A stretch of 64,000 nucleotides of DNA from the NCBI RefSeq assembly GCF_006345805.1, contig NC_042998.1, forward strand, positions 150,846,001 to 150,910,000, written 5' to 3'. Below, piece by piece: positions 1-12,372 of the stretch. Numbering within the stretch: the stretch's first letter is position 1; each line of letters starts with the position of its first letter. Made by a program: the position numbers and the translations under genes. Source of the stretch: Octopus sinensis (Eukaryota). The notes beneath the pieces were generated by a model. That model was not told the origin of the DNA. It made no database searches and saw only the letters and a program-made list of their open reading frames with translations.

Positions 1-742
1 CACGACTTCATTTACTCAATGTCCCTTTGTTTTAAAGTCAGTACGAAGTCATTTCTAGGGGTCGAATAGTCACAGAGAGGACCTTTTACAATCCAGGCTC
101 AAAAAGAGATTTTTAACCTTAAATTCTTATTCCTTTTACGGTGAAAATAAAAACCTTAAACCTCAACATAAAGAACTACCCACCAACTAACTAGTTAAAG
201 GCTAAGTGTCTTAGATTTTGAGAGACTACCGTCCATTGGGTTGAGGTATGCTAGTTCGCGAAGGTATACTAGTTGTTGACGATTTAGCGGTGATAATGAT
301 GGCGGTATTGACGACGGTGGAAGTTACTTTGCGGTGATAGTTGTAGTTATGTGTCAACGGTGAGGGAGACGCTGATCGGCTATGGGGTTGAGGGACTATC
401 GTCCATGAGTACTAAGAGATTGAGGGGGTACTTTCCATGAAACTGAGAGAGCATGGTTGAAGGGTTGGTTACTCACGAAGGGAGTGATGGCGTACTAAAC
501 AAGTAATTGAGGAAGTAGGCACTATGCGGCATGACCTGTCAAAAATAAGTCAAAATTGAATAAATCCTATCTTTATGAGTTTAAAACTAGAATAATGTAA
601 TAGATCATATGCATATGCTCTAGATACACTGTTGTGTGAATGAACAAAGTGGAAAGTTTTGACGGTAGATCTTCAAGGGTCAACATCATCATCATCATCA
701 TCATCAACAACAACAACAACAACAACAATAACAACATCACCC

Positions 743-918
743 GCAGGAGTGGCTGTGTGGTAAATAGCTTGCTTACCAACCACATGGTTCCGGGTTCAGT
801 CCCACTGCGTGGCACTTTGGGCAAGTGTCTTCTACTATAGCCCCGGGCCGACCAAAGCCTTGTGAGTGGATTTGGTAGACGGAAACTGAAAGAAGCCCGT
901 CGTATATATGTATATGTG

Positions 919-1001
<83 letters not shown>

Positions 1002-1193
1002 TACCCCCAACATCGCTTGACAACCGATGTTGGTGTGTTTGCGTCCCCGTAACTTAGCGGTTCGGCAAAAGAGACTGATAGAATAAGTACTAGGCTTACA
1101 AAGAATAAGTCCTGGGGGCGATTTGCTCGACTAAAGGCGGTGCTCCAGCATGGCAGCAGTCAAATGACTGAAACAAGTATAAGAGTAAAAGAG
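743..1193 (+). mobile_element. tRNA-derived SINE, family A (CORE-SINE-like), full length
   Basis: A-box-like TGGCTGTGTGG, B-box-like GGTTCAGTCCC, MIR/CORE-like ggcactttgggcaagtgtctt, internal (TA)n(TG)n tract and tail gtgctccagcatggcagcagtcaaatgactgaaacaagtataagagtaaaagag. Near-identical copy at 8529-8922. Confidence 0.9.
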
Positions 1194-2109
1194 TATCACC
1201 GCCTCCATTATCATCACGAAGGACAACAACATTACCAACATCACATGTCTCCATTATAAAATCAAATTTAATGAGAATTCCCATTCGTTGTGAAATACGG
1301 AGCTAAAATTTCCTCTAAATTTATGCAACTGAATAAGTTCGTATCTTGCTGGCTTTCTTAGTTTCGTATTCAATGATTTGACAAGACAAAAGATGGCTGC
1401 TGCTGCCGTTGGAGTAAACACGCGTGACTTGTTGCTATTTAGACACCACTGAGCTGACATCAATGTGTTTGTCATGTAAAAAAATATATATATATATCCT
1501 TGGAGAAAACTAGTGAATAGTATGATTTCAGACTATTTATTTTCACGGTGATGTATTTTTAGCTAAAAAACAGTAACAATAACCCAACCTACACGATTTA
1601 TGTACCACGATGGTACGACCTTCACCAACTCGTGTTGTCTCTCCATGACTTTCTTTCACACCAACATTTTCCTTGTTTATTTCAAGTTTCTTTTTATAAA
1701 AATGACTAATTGTAAAGCCACGGAGCAGCTTTTGTCGCCCTCACCAATTTTCTTATTTTTTATTTTTAAAATTTCTTTTTTCTGCTAAACTTTCTTTGCA
1801 TCTAGAGTTGGAAGACTTGTAGAGTAAAACTAAGAAACGTTCTAATTTTTTTACCGTTTTCTCTTTTGTCGATGAGATGACGGGAAAGACGTTACTAGTC
1901 AGAAATGTTAACCAGTATCGACTAATCGACTGAATGACATTTGGTGACATAATCAACATGGCGGCTGTTGCAGTTTTTTTAATCTTTTTTTTTTGTTTTT
2001 GCTGAGAATAGCTATGGGAAGGCGACTAGTGGGAATGGCGACTGGTGATTGATGGCTGCTGGAACCGTAGTGAGATTTTATGTGTGATATTTGTGAAAGA
2101 TAGTTGGAG

Positions 2110-2860
2110 ATGGTGTCTGCGGTTGATGAGGGTGGCGTTGGCGGTTGCGGCGGCAGTGGTGGCGGCAGTGGTGGTGGCAGTGGTGGCGGTGGTGATGGCG
2201 GCGATGGTGGTGGTGGTTGTAGCGATGTTGATAGCAGTGGTAATGGTGGTTGTGGCGATGGTGGTGGGGTGGTGGTGGTGATGGTGGTACTAGTGGTGGT
2301 GATGATGATTGTGGTGATAGTGGTGTTGGTAAGGGTGGTGGTGCTGAGGGTTGTTATGATGATGATCATGAAAGTGGTAGGTAGAACCGTATTAAAGGAG
2401 GATGTGTAGTTGATAATTCTAAGGACAATGGCGACACTTATGATGATGGCAGTGGTGGCGTTCATGGTGTTAGCGACGATGTTGGCGATGGTGGCGTTGG
2501 TGGTGGTGGTAGTGATGTTGGTGTTAGAAATGACATTCCTGACATCAGATGACAATATCAAGATGACTGGCTGGTTGGAATGATAGTGATGATGGTGGTG
2601 ATGGTAGTGAAGGTAGTGAGATGATAGTAGGGGTGAAGTGATGATGTTTGTGTAGGTGGTGGTCGGGGGAAATAGTCGTAATGTTTTTGATGGAGGAGGA
2701 AGAGAAGGGGGAGGGGAATTGCTGATGGTGGCGAGGAAGATGGTGATGATGATAACAATGATGATGATGATTGTTCGTTTGGTGATGGAGTAGGTGGCGG
2801 TGTCAACATCAGAATCAGTGGTAGCGAGCGTCACAATGGTGGAGGCGGTTGGTTTTTGGT
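2110..2860. repeat. Degenerate (GGT/GAT/GGC)n low-complexity tract
   Basis: Trinucleotide-periodic G/T-rich sequence; source of the Thr/Pro-rich 330-aa minus-strand ORF. Confidence 0.85.
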
Positions 2861-3449
2861 AAATTAATATAACAGTTGCGCGCGCGTGCGTTTGTGTGAG
2901 GAGGTGAACAAAAATAGTGAGGATCTTCGCAACTCCCATATTCAAACAGCATTACATCCTCCAAGACATCAGCACCTCAATGAACCATTCTCCACCAGCT
3001 CTCTACATTACCATTTCCTCAAACGATTTCCAGGAATAAAAATAAGGTTTCACACCTGTAATAGGATGAAATATTTCAATTAACCTAGATTATTTATATG
3101 ATTAGTAGGTAGAAACTCCCTCTGCAAGTGTTTAAAATTTTCGAAACATCTAAGGGAGGGTGCTTGTTTTATAGATTTCAAACATCTCAAAAGGGAGTTT
3201 CTGTTTTCTAATTACTTTGATTTTCTAGATTAATCTAAATGTATTCCATTAAGGGACACTTTACCCTATTTATAGTTTCCTGGGTAGGGCGTCCGTCCCC
3301 ACGTATTTTTCCGTCAGCCATGTTGCTGATATCAAATTTACCAGTGAGAGGATGGAGCTTGAATATGTTATAGGAATTGAAAATAAAACAAAAACAAATA
3401 AATATAGAATTAGCATATTATGTCCTGGCCGTCAGATTACGCTGGGCGT

Positions 3450-4215
3450 ATACTCCCAACGGTCAGGCGGTTTATCGGCTGTTAACACACGCTGCGTGAT
3501 GGCCTGGGCATGCCGTGGTTGATAATGTGCAGACAGGCTCTGAGGCCACGACATCTCCAGTGTTTCGTTCGCCAAACACTTATTTCCGCAGCTAATTTAT
3601 TTAACGGAGCTGCAGTCCTGGGTAAAACAGAGACCGAGGGGTATCATTTGGGAAGTGGAATGTTTTGAAGCTCTCACAACCGCCAGTCAATCGAACAGTG
3701 TGACAGGTGGAACGTCAACGCTAGCTTTTTTTTTTTTTAGAGAATTAGTGGAGGAAAAATGTGACGACGTTCATGAGGAGACTTTGGGCGTCGAAGAAGA
3801 TCAGCTAGCTGCTCTTTTCCGGAGAAATTTAGGGCCGGGACAGATGGATAATTTCCAAAAATCACTGGCCTGGCAGTGCTACCAGGGAGCTTTGCCTGTT
3901 GGAGATAAACTTTACAGGCATGGAAGTGCCGTCAGCCGAGCATGTTTGAGATGCGCGCAGGACGACGAGACGGTCCTGCTTGCACTTGTCCAGTGCCCGA
4001 GCATTGCTGACCTGTGAGTTTATGTCGAACACCTGCTGTCGCGTGTGGGACAGATCCGGCTGACAAACGAATCTATCGGGAATATCGTCCCGCCGCCTTC
4101 CTTTAGCCGGGAAGGAAAGGCTGTTTTTATATGTCTGGTGGCCATGGTGAAAGAGGTTGTATGGTGGACGAGATTGAAGGGCTGAAGACAAACACTTTTC
4201 TCTTTGGTCAATCCC
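3450..4215 (+). mobile_element. Tx1/L1-clade LINE fragment (ORF2 C-terminal region)
   Basis: Alignable by eye to 26900-27700; translates ...GPGQMDNFQKSLAWQCYQGALPVGDKLYRHG...CLRCAQDDETVLLALVQCP (CCHC-type motif). Confidence 0.85.
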
Positions 4216-4232
4216 TAATGAACTTCTGAAAA

Positions 4233-4348
4233 TTTTGTGGAGGGAGCTAGTCGATTACATCAACCTCAGTACTCAGCTGGTATTTATTTTATCGACCCTG
4301 AAAAAGATGAATCGTAAAGTTGATGTCGGTAGGTTTCGATTTCAGAAT
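4233..4348 (-). mobile_element. SINE family B fragment
   Basis: gtcgattacatcaacctcagtactcagctggtatttattttatcgaccctgaaa matches the SINE-B copies at 38043-38430. Confidence 0.7.
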
Positions 4349-4938
4349 AATGATACTAACTAGTTAACAAGACACCCTCAATATGGGCGCTCAATCTACT
4401 AAAAATAGCAGCCAAAGGTCGGTCACGATCCAATATTACTGCTTAAACAAAAATGAAAACCACATTGATTAAAGTAATCCTAGATGTACTATGTCACGGC
4501 GGCAAAAACACGAGATAATCTTACATCAGAACTGAGCTGAACAATAACAACAGCAACAGCAACGACGATAGCAGTGGCGATGGCGATGATGATGACGATG
4601 ACGACGACGACAAAAGACACCGATAACTGAATATCCGAAAGTGGAGGCCACTAGGGAAGTTATGGAACCACCGGATTTCAGAGAGTTGTGCAGATATATA
4701 GACTTCATTAGAATCAATAAGTTTGAGGTACAATCAGTGATCGATAGTATAAACAATAAACACAGCTGTGTAAACGAGTGTCTACCTACAAACGGTGTAT
4801 ACTCCTTGATGTACCTTCTGATCGGTTTGACCGAAGACGGGATTGGTGTTTCATTGGTGGACATCATAGTTATTGGTAGCGGAGCTGAATTGTATTTCTT
4901 GAAGTCGACCAACATTAGCGAAAGGATATCGATACACA

Positions 4939-4984
<46 letters not shown>

Positions 4985-5134
4985 ACACACACACACACAC
5001 ACATACAGGGTGCGATGAGTAAATTGTTTGATACTTTTAATTTCGCGCATGCACTTTGTTCTTGATTTTGTCGACTACAGTATTATAGGGTCAGTTGTGT
5101 ACTGTCTGTAAGAAAAACAGCAGCATGACGTAAT

Positions 5135-6170
5135 TCACTCTGCCAGAAATTTGGAAATGACATGCCGGAAGCTCCAATATGAACATTTCATAGTGTTTGG
5201 GTGTTAATCTGAGAACAGTACAGTGGACCTGGAAAGAGTTGGATGAGTCTAATTGTGATTACAGAGGTACGGCAGATCGGAAAACGCACTCTGATCGTTC
5301 TGATAGGAAAAGAAGTCCTGAATTTGTTGGTGAGATCCAGGCTATGATTGACAACGATATCTCCAAGTCAGTCCGGTCTATTGTCAGGGACATGGGCGTG
5401 CCTGCGTTTCTTATCAGGCATGTAGTGCATTAAGACATTCGGTATTCCTCATACATGATGAGAAAGATTAAATTTTTATCCTAAGCCATCAAAGACAAGA
5501 GGAAAAACTGCGCTATGAAGCTGTTCAACAAATTCAAGCTTCCTCTCCAACCGAACATGCTTTGGGTTTTCTCAGGCGAGAAAAGTTTCTTCCAGGATCA
5601 GATGTTGAACACACAGAACAACTATTAACTTACCATGTCCCCAAAACATGTACCGAGAGTGATAAAAATCAAACATCCAGTCATCATCATGGTGCTTGTA
5701 ATGATCACTTGTGATGGTGACGTTATGCCTCCGTTCATCTCACACGGCCTCACATCCAATATGGAGGCTCACATCAAGTGTCTGGAGGAGATGGTGCTGC
5801 CCTGAGTTGAGGGATGGCTGCTGGATGACCCTACGTCTGGCAACAACATTCTACACCATGCCACAAAAGCAGAACCCAGTAATGGCTGTCAGACATCTGG
5901 CCACCTAACTCCCCAGAATTCAACCTTCTTGCAGTGTGTGGGGCGCTGCTGAGCGAGTGACCAACAAAACTCCTTGTAAGACTAAAGATGACCTGAAGGC
6001 AAGGATTATGGCAGCATTCACCAACTTAAGGAGACCGTTGAGAAGAGTTGCAGGAGATTCAAAAGCCGTCTGGAAGTCGTCGTTGAAGCCAATGGCGATT
6101 TTATTGAATAAATTTACTCTTTAGTATTTCAAGCTATTTTCATGTGATATTGCTAAATATCTATTAAAAT
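5135..6170 (+). mobile_element. Decayed Tc1/mariner transposase, maT (DD37D)-like
   Basis: Read through stops and frameshifts: HTH-like KSVRSIVRDMGV; WVFSGEKSF.QDQ..NTQN (first D mutated); KHPVIIMVL..I.CDGDVMPP; WPPNSP; NKTPCKTKDDLKARIMAAF. A possible left-TIR start TACAGGGTG at about 5004 has no right partner that I can find. Confidence 0.85.
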
Positions 6171-6565
6171 GAGAAGCCACTGTTATTATCATCTTTGCGT
6201 AATTTAGACGACAAATTATTCAACGCACATCGAAAGCGTATGCTGTTGTTAAATGCTCGAAATACGAGACTAGAAAAACAGCCAATAACTGATGAAGAGT
6301 CGTTTTTATGTTGTTTGTTTTGTTTTCCATTTGTGTCTTTCGTTGTTCGAAAGAATAGTTCATGTTCCATGTATTCGTGCTTCGTAATTTCGTGACGCCT
6401 TGTGGCCAAATATGCATATATATATATATACACACACGCATAGATGTATGTACATATACGTATGTATATATGCATATATATATCATTTATATTATATTAT
6501 TATATTATATTTATTATTTATATTATTATATGATTGAACGCCACGCATCCTCTTCCAAGTAAGTT

Positions 6566-6612
<47 letters not shown>

Positions 6613-6723
6613 CAAATATATATATATATATAATTTTAATCCAAACGGGAAAACAAAAAAACAACAACAATGGAACAATTACAGTATTATTATTAATAGG
6701 CGCTCAGGAAATGGAAGCAGGAA

Positions 6724-6760
6724 GGTATGACGTTTCGAGCGGAGCTCTTCGTCGGAAACA
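6724..6760 (-). ncRNA. Minimal hammerhead-ribozyme-like motif (U4C variant)
   Basis: Minus strand reads guuu CCGACGA A GAGC ucc GCUC GAAAC GUC auac; stem II is perfect, stem I has one mismatch. Confidence 0.5.
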
Positions 6761-6896
6761 TAAAGAAGGAAGAGAGAGGAAAGAAAGATCCCAAAGCGGG
6801 CAACAGGGATAGAGAAAAAAACGACTGGTGTTTACGAGTTACACATGGTGAAAGGCGGAAGTTTACGATAACAAGAGCAAAGTAGGTTTTTAAAGC

Positions 6897-6932
<36 letters not shown>

Positions 6933-6936
<4 letters not shown>

Positions 6937-8105
6937 TAAAATAGAACATATGCATATATATAAACATATATGTAACGTACCGCCTCTACATGTACATATA
7001 CACGCATATATGTGTACAGGACACCAAAAAGACGTCGAACACATAGAGAGACGAACACATAGACACAAACAAGGAACAAGACAAGCAAAAAAAAGGAGAG
7101 ATACAGGACAATAAGCACAACGAAAAATCCCCTTCTTCAGTCGCTAAGGTTTCATCTACTAAACGTTTCGAAGGATAAAAGCGAGACGTATACTTCGAAG
7201 AAAACTTCCTTCCCGCGAAAAACAAATCAATTAAAATTCTGAGATCTTTTCGCAGAGGGGTAAAAAAAAGCAAGACGGTAACGACAGTACAAACATATAA
7301 ACAGTAAAAAATATATATATAAACAGTGGAAAAATAAATATATAACAGTGAGAGACCGGACAAGGAGAACAAGATAAGAAGGGCTGTTAACGCCAGACGA
7401 AAAAAGTATTGCAAACGCTGGATTATCGTGGACGACGAGAGAGAGAAAATGTGTCGACCAGTAGCCTTACAAGGCGGGCGAGAAAGGACAGGATAGCAGT
7501 TACGACGGAAGTATCGTCGCAGATGGACGACGGGAATGGGGGAGGAGGAGCAAGAGGAAGAGAGAGAAGAAGGGGAATGGTGCGAGGAGATCATGAAGAA
7601 GGGTGAAAGGGAGAGAGAGAATGAAGAATGAGAGAGAGAGGAAGAGACAAGTTAAGTGAGGGAAAAAAAGACGAAAAAGGGAATGGGAGAGAAAGAAAGA
7701 AAGAAAGATGCAGAGTCGCGTGAGAGTTAATATCAAGGCTAACTTGATAAACAGAACAATCTTACTTAATAGGGTGCGTGCGTTTAGTCGTATAATATGT
7801 TAATAAAATAGAACATATGCATATATATAAACATATATGTACGTACCTACCTCTACATGTACATATACACGCATATATGTGTACAGGACACCAAAAAGAC
7901 GTCGAACACATAGAGAGACGAAACACATAGACACAAACCAAGGAACAAGACAAGCAAAAAAAAGGAGAGATACAGGACAATAAGCACAACGAAAAATCCC
8001 CTTCTTCAGTCGCTAAGGTTTCATCTACTAAACGTTTCGAAGGATAAAAGCGAGACGTATACTTCGAAGAAAACTTCCTTCCCGCGAAAAGCAAATCAAT
8101 TAAAT
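6933..8105. repeat. Unclassified element Y: two ~300-bp near-identical direct repeats (about 6933-7235 and 7800-8105) flanking a GA-rich spacer
   Basis: Both copies run taataaaatagaacatatgc...cccgcgaaaa(a/g)caaatcaattaaa. An inverted partial copy lies at about 6400-6560 and another at about 13985-14125. Confidence 0.8.
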
Positions 8106-8162
8106 ATATATATATAAATGTGTGTGTGTGTACATATAATATACATGTACATGTATAAACAA

Positions 8163-8250
8163 CAAACAGGTGTATTAGTTTGACGCTCGGGAAGGTGAGA
8201 ATACGTTTCCAGCCTACGCTCTTCAACAGAAAGGAACACGAGGAAATGAA
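8163..8250 (-). repeat. Repeat Z copy 1 with hammerhead-like motif (8197-8236)
   Basis: gtgtattagtttgacgctcgggaa... recurs at 9058-9160. Minus strand reads uuu CUGUUGA A GAGC guag GCUG GAAACGUA. Confidence 0.6.
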
Positions 8251-8269
8251 CAGAGGGAGAATAAAAACA

Positions 8270-8400
8270 ACTTGACGGCTATTTCTATGTTATTTCTAAA
8301 GTTATTTTTACCACAATATCTGGTCTGTTGGTCTAAATACCACAATCAGATTCTGTATTTAAGTACCAGTGAATGGTAATACCTTACTTTCTACTACTTT

Positions 8401-8405
<5 letters not shown>
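8270..8405 (-). mobile_element. R4/Dong-type (RLE) retrotransposon fragment
   Basis: Reverse complement matches 10205-10330 (KVVESK.ITI...TNRPDIVVK, start of the RLE domain). Confidence 0.65.
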
Positions 8406-8443
<38 letters not shown>

Positions 8444-8448
8444 TATAT

Positions 8449-8528
<80 letters not shown>

Positions 8529-8531
<3 letters not shown>

Positions 8532-8920
8532 CGCAGGAGTGGCTGTGTGGTAAGTAGCTTGCTAACCAACCACATGGTTCCGGGTTCAGTCCCACTGCGT
8601 GGCATCTTGGGCAAATGTCTTCTGCTATAGCCCCGGGCCGACCAAAGCCTTGTGAGTGGATTTGGTAGACGGAAACTGAAAGAAGCCCGTCGTATATATG
8701 TATATATATATGTGTGTGTGTGTTTGTGTGTCCCCTAGCATTGCTTGACAACCGATGCTGGTGTGTTTATGTCCCCGTTACTTAGCGGTTCGGCAAAAGA
8801 GACCGATAGGATAAGTACTGGGCTTACAAAAAGAATAAGTTCCGGGGTCGAGTTGCTCGATTAAAGGCGGTGCTCCAGCATGGCCGCAGTCAAATGACTG
8901 AAACAAGCAAAAGAGTAAAA

Positions 8921-8922
<2 letters not shown>
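8529..8922 (+). mobile_element. SINE family A, full length
   Basis: Same head, core and tail as 743-1193; flanked by (TA)n on both sides. Confidence 0.9.
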
Positions 8923-8995
<73 letters not shown>

Positions 8996-9057
8996 TGTAT
9001 GTATGTATGTGTAGTTGAAATTTACAGAAAAACAAAAGACGAGGACGTGTGCGTGAA

Positions 9058-9160
9058 CAACAAGCAAGTGTATTGTTAGTTTGACGCTCGGGAAAGTGAA
9101 AATGTCTTTTACGTTTCGAGTCTAAGGTCTTCAGCAGAAAAGAATACGAGAAAGTAAATA
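9058..9160 (-). repeat. Repeat Z copy 2 with hammerhead-like motif (9104-9144)
   Basis: Minus strand reads ucuuuu CUGCUGA A GACC uuag ACUC GAAAC GUA aaaga. Confidence 0.6.
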
Positions 9161-9699
9161 GAGAGAGAATGAGGGCGGGGGAAGTTGTAGATTTAGCGGT
9201 CCAGCATGGCAAATGATTAGAAAAAAAATTGGAAAGAAAGTGAGATAATAAAAAAAGCTGTTGAAAGAAAGGGGGATAATAGAAGGTTGAAAGCAGTGGA
9301 AAGGAAACGTGAAACAGTGGCTCTTTATGCGGTGATGAAGGTGGAAGAGGAAGGATTTATAATTAGGCATGCTGGAAAAAAGGAGAGAAAAAATGGGGAA
9401 AAGGGGTAAAAGAGAAAAAGGAGAAAAAAATAGAGAGGAAAAGTGAGAAATACACACGTTCATCTCTCACACACACACACACACACGCACATGCAGCAGC
9501 AACAACTACCACTCCTAATACTACAGCATGTCTTGGCGATAAAGTAATACTAGGCAACATAGAAGTTTTCTGAATCGTTTAAAGAAAATGTCAACGGTGC
9601 GAAGATAAAACCAAAATATTGGTCTGCAATAAAGAATGAAATAGCCTTGCTTGTCTGTATTACACTACCAAAAATACTATCATCATCACCACCACCACC

Positions 9700-9731
<32 letters not shown>

Positions 9732-9789
9732 CAGCAACAACCATAATAATAACAATAAACTAGAAACAGAAGTGACCACTGTAATAGTA

Positions 9790-10400
9790 AAACAGATAAA
9801 AATCACAACCCGACACAAATGAAATCTCAGAGCTGCAAAATACATGGCAAATACCCTATAAGGGCCAATGATCCTGATATGAATATAAATATAACCTGTC
9901 AATGGTTGACTGCATCTGGACTTAAATCAGAAGCTAAGGGTTTCATTATAACAACTCAGGATCAGTGTCTGCCCACCAGAAACTACCAAGCAAGCATTCT
10001 TAAAAATGGTGCTAATCCTGCATGCTGCTTTTATGGTGCAACAAGAGAAACAATTGATCCCTACATCTGTGGATGCTCTATGTTGGCCTCAAATGAATAG
10101 ATTATTCACTCCGATAGACTTGGCTGGTATGTGTACGAGATCCTCTGCTGGAAGTCTGCACTTCTATATATGAAGCTGCACTTCTATATATGAAGCTATA
10201 TACTTGCCAAAGTAGTAGAAAGTAAAGATATTACCATTCGTTGATACTTTAGTACCCAAACTGATTGTGCTATTTAGACCAATAGCCCAGATATTGTGAT
10301 AAAAATAACTTTGCTCATAGAAATAACCGCCAAATCTCTTTAAATGAAACAGCTATTGTCTTCATCAAAGAAGGACAAACTGGATAATGCCGTGATTATG
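9790..10400 (+). mobile_element. R4/Dong-type retrotransposon fragment (post-RT region, CCHC motif, RLE start)
   Basis: HGKYPIRANDPD...QWLTASGLKSEAKGFIITTQDQCLPTRNYQASILKNG..P.CC.....ETIDPYICGCSMLASNE; degenerate. Confidence 0.8.
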
Positions 10401-10509
10401 GCATACCTTTGCTAATAGCTCTGATCGATCAAGGTTGATTAGACACTAAACAACTACAACAACAACAAATACATACATACATACATACATACATACATAC
10501 ATACATACA

Positions 10510-10540
<31 letters not shown>

Positions 10541-11683
10541 CTTCGAGGATTCATCATCTAAAATTTACCAATATAAACCATTTCCTAGTCTATCAGTTAT
10601 AACAACACTTCTGGTCTTAATTTAATTTATTATAGCACTATGGATATTTTCCTAAAATTTTCTGTTGACTTGAAAGGAGTTAACTTTTAAAAAAAAAAAA
10701 AAAGATTTTAATACTATTTCCTTCACTATATATGTATTTTGCGCCGGTGTGTTTATATCTCTGAGTATAGTTGAGATATATGTTTAATCAACTTACTATG
10801 TTAAGTTAAACGTTAATTAAGTTGTCAAAAACACACAATGGAACCAGCAACCATTGAAGTTAGTTTTAATTATTAAACAATTCATTCAAAAACACATCAA
10901 ATGCACATTCTAGTATTGTTTTGTGAAATATAAAAATTACTACGGAAATGGTATTCCATAGTCGAATTTTGAGGTCATCGTTATTTTGAGATATTTCAAC
11001 AAGACCAGTTGATGATTGGAAAAATTCCACAGTTGAAGGCTAGCAACGAATTCTTGAACTGTGTCAGTGACACAGATTGTAAATAAGTATAATTTTGAAT
11101 GGTTTAGTTTGGCTGGCTGCTACAAGGAACGAAGGAGATGTCTTTAACAATCAAATGGTTCCGTTGAGTTACCATAACAAAAGTAGTAGAGAATATCATC
11201 ACCATCGTCGCCGCTACCACCACCACCACCACCACCACCGTAATAACATTATCAATAAGAACAAAGTAACGATTAAAGCAACAAAATGCAAAAAAAAAAA
11301 GAAAAATCCCCACTAATACCCTCTCCTCATTCTTTTCCGGATGATGTAGTCCTAGATACACTTATAAAAAATAAAGAAAGATGTTCAGGAATTAAATGTC
11401 TTTCGTCATAGTTCTGTCTTGTTTGAGTGAATATGGGCCTAAGTAACAACAACAACGCTTACATATCATCATGCATAAAGGAAAGGAATATTCTTATATA
11501 GATTCGTAAGCAATATTTCATTGGTTTACTGAGCTATGAAAGAGGGAAAAAAAATTCGATTGACCATCCAAAGAACCACTGAATTTTTCGTCTGTTTCAG
11601 AGCCAGGAATCATTTCTGTGCGTCTTCAGCATCTGAAAATTGGTAATAATCTTTCAGAAAATTCTTTCTACAACATCCAGCAA

Positions 11684-11949
11684 CACTGGCTCGGGAACGA
11701 AGTTTGCTTACCGGGTGCAAACTCAGGTCCAAGATTTTTGTTTTTTCACAAACAACGTCTCATTGGTTTGTTTTTATTTATTTTCGTCCTATGAGAAGAA
11801 ACCTAACTTCAAGCTACTTTTTACAGGTCACTTTTACGCACTGTTTTATAAACATGAAAAAAGTTTGGGTTCAAATTTTTATTTTGCACTCCACAAACAT
11901 TTTTGGAAGTGCGCTTGCAACCCCTACATCCCCTGTTCCTGAGCCTATG
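11684..11949. mobile_element. hAT-type non-autonomous element (MITE)
   Basis: Imperfect 15-bp TIRs (cactggctcgggaac / gttcctgagcctatg) and a degenerate 8-bp TSD tccagcaa (11676-11683) / tccaaaaa (11950-11957). Confidence 0.6.
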
Positions 11950-12039
11950 TCCAAAAATTGACCGAACTTGAAAAACCTTCTCCACATTCACTAAAGACGT
12001 AAAGTTGCCGGGTTACGTGGAATGACGTATTTCTTACTT

Positions 12040-12372
12040 GGTTGAAAGACGAGGTCAACCTCGGCTGAATTTGAACTCAGAACTTAATGAGCCGGAAGAA
12101 ATATCGCAAAATATCTAGTTTAATATACTAAGGATTTTGTCAGCTTGCCACTTTATTGGTTTCAAATTTTGGCACAAGACCAGTGATTTTGAAGGGAGGG
12201 TGCTTGTCGATACCATCGACCCCAGGATGCTACAGGTACTTTATTTTATTGATCCTGGTGAGATGAAAGCAAGAGTTATTACCGGAGGAATTTGAACTCA
12301 GGATTTAACGAGTCGGAAGAAATACTGCAAGCAATTTATCCGACGCTCTCACAATTCTGTCAACTCGCCGCC
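12040..12372 (-). mobile_element. Two adjacent degenerate SINE-B copies
   Basis: Head ggcggcgagttgacagaattgtgagagcg, B-box-like ctgagttcaaattcc, and tail cttgtgccaaaatttgaaac. Confidence 0.75.

Noticed and set aside
743-830. SINE heads as tRNA genes
   Set aside because: They have only A/B-box similarity, no complete cloverleaf, and continue into SINE core and tail.
1390-1965. YY1-like or start-codon motifs aagatggctgc (1390-1400) and aacatggcggc (1955-1965) as a host promoter or first exon
   Set aside because: The downstream frames are very short or run into poly-T, and there is no other promoter evidence.
1953-2945. 330-aa Thr/Pro/Ile-rich ORF (mucin-like appearance)
   Set aside because: It is the translation of a degenerate (GGT/GAT)n tract, with no domain and no splice context.
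3078-3235. Old inverted repeat (agaaactccct / agggagtttct with degenerate outer arms)
   Set aside because: Too degenerate to define termini or a TSD; probably an ancient MITE but unsupported.
4620-4930. Non-repetitive segment open on both strands (4641-5018 plus, 4526-5050 minus); possible host exon
   Set aside because: No recognisable domain and no convincing acceptor/donor pair. It cannot be supported without RNA-seq or a homology search.
7120-7200. GAAACGUU ... CUGAAGAAG on the minus strand of element Y as a type II hammerhead
   Set aside because: No stem I forms between the cleavage triplet and the core, and stem II pairing is poor.
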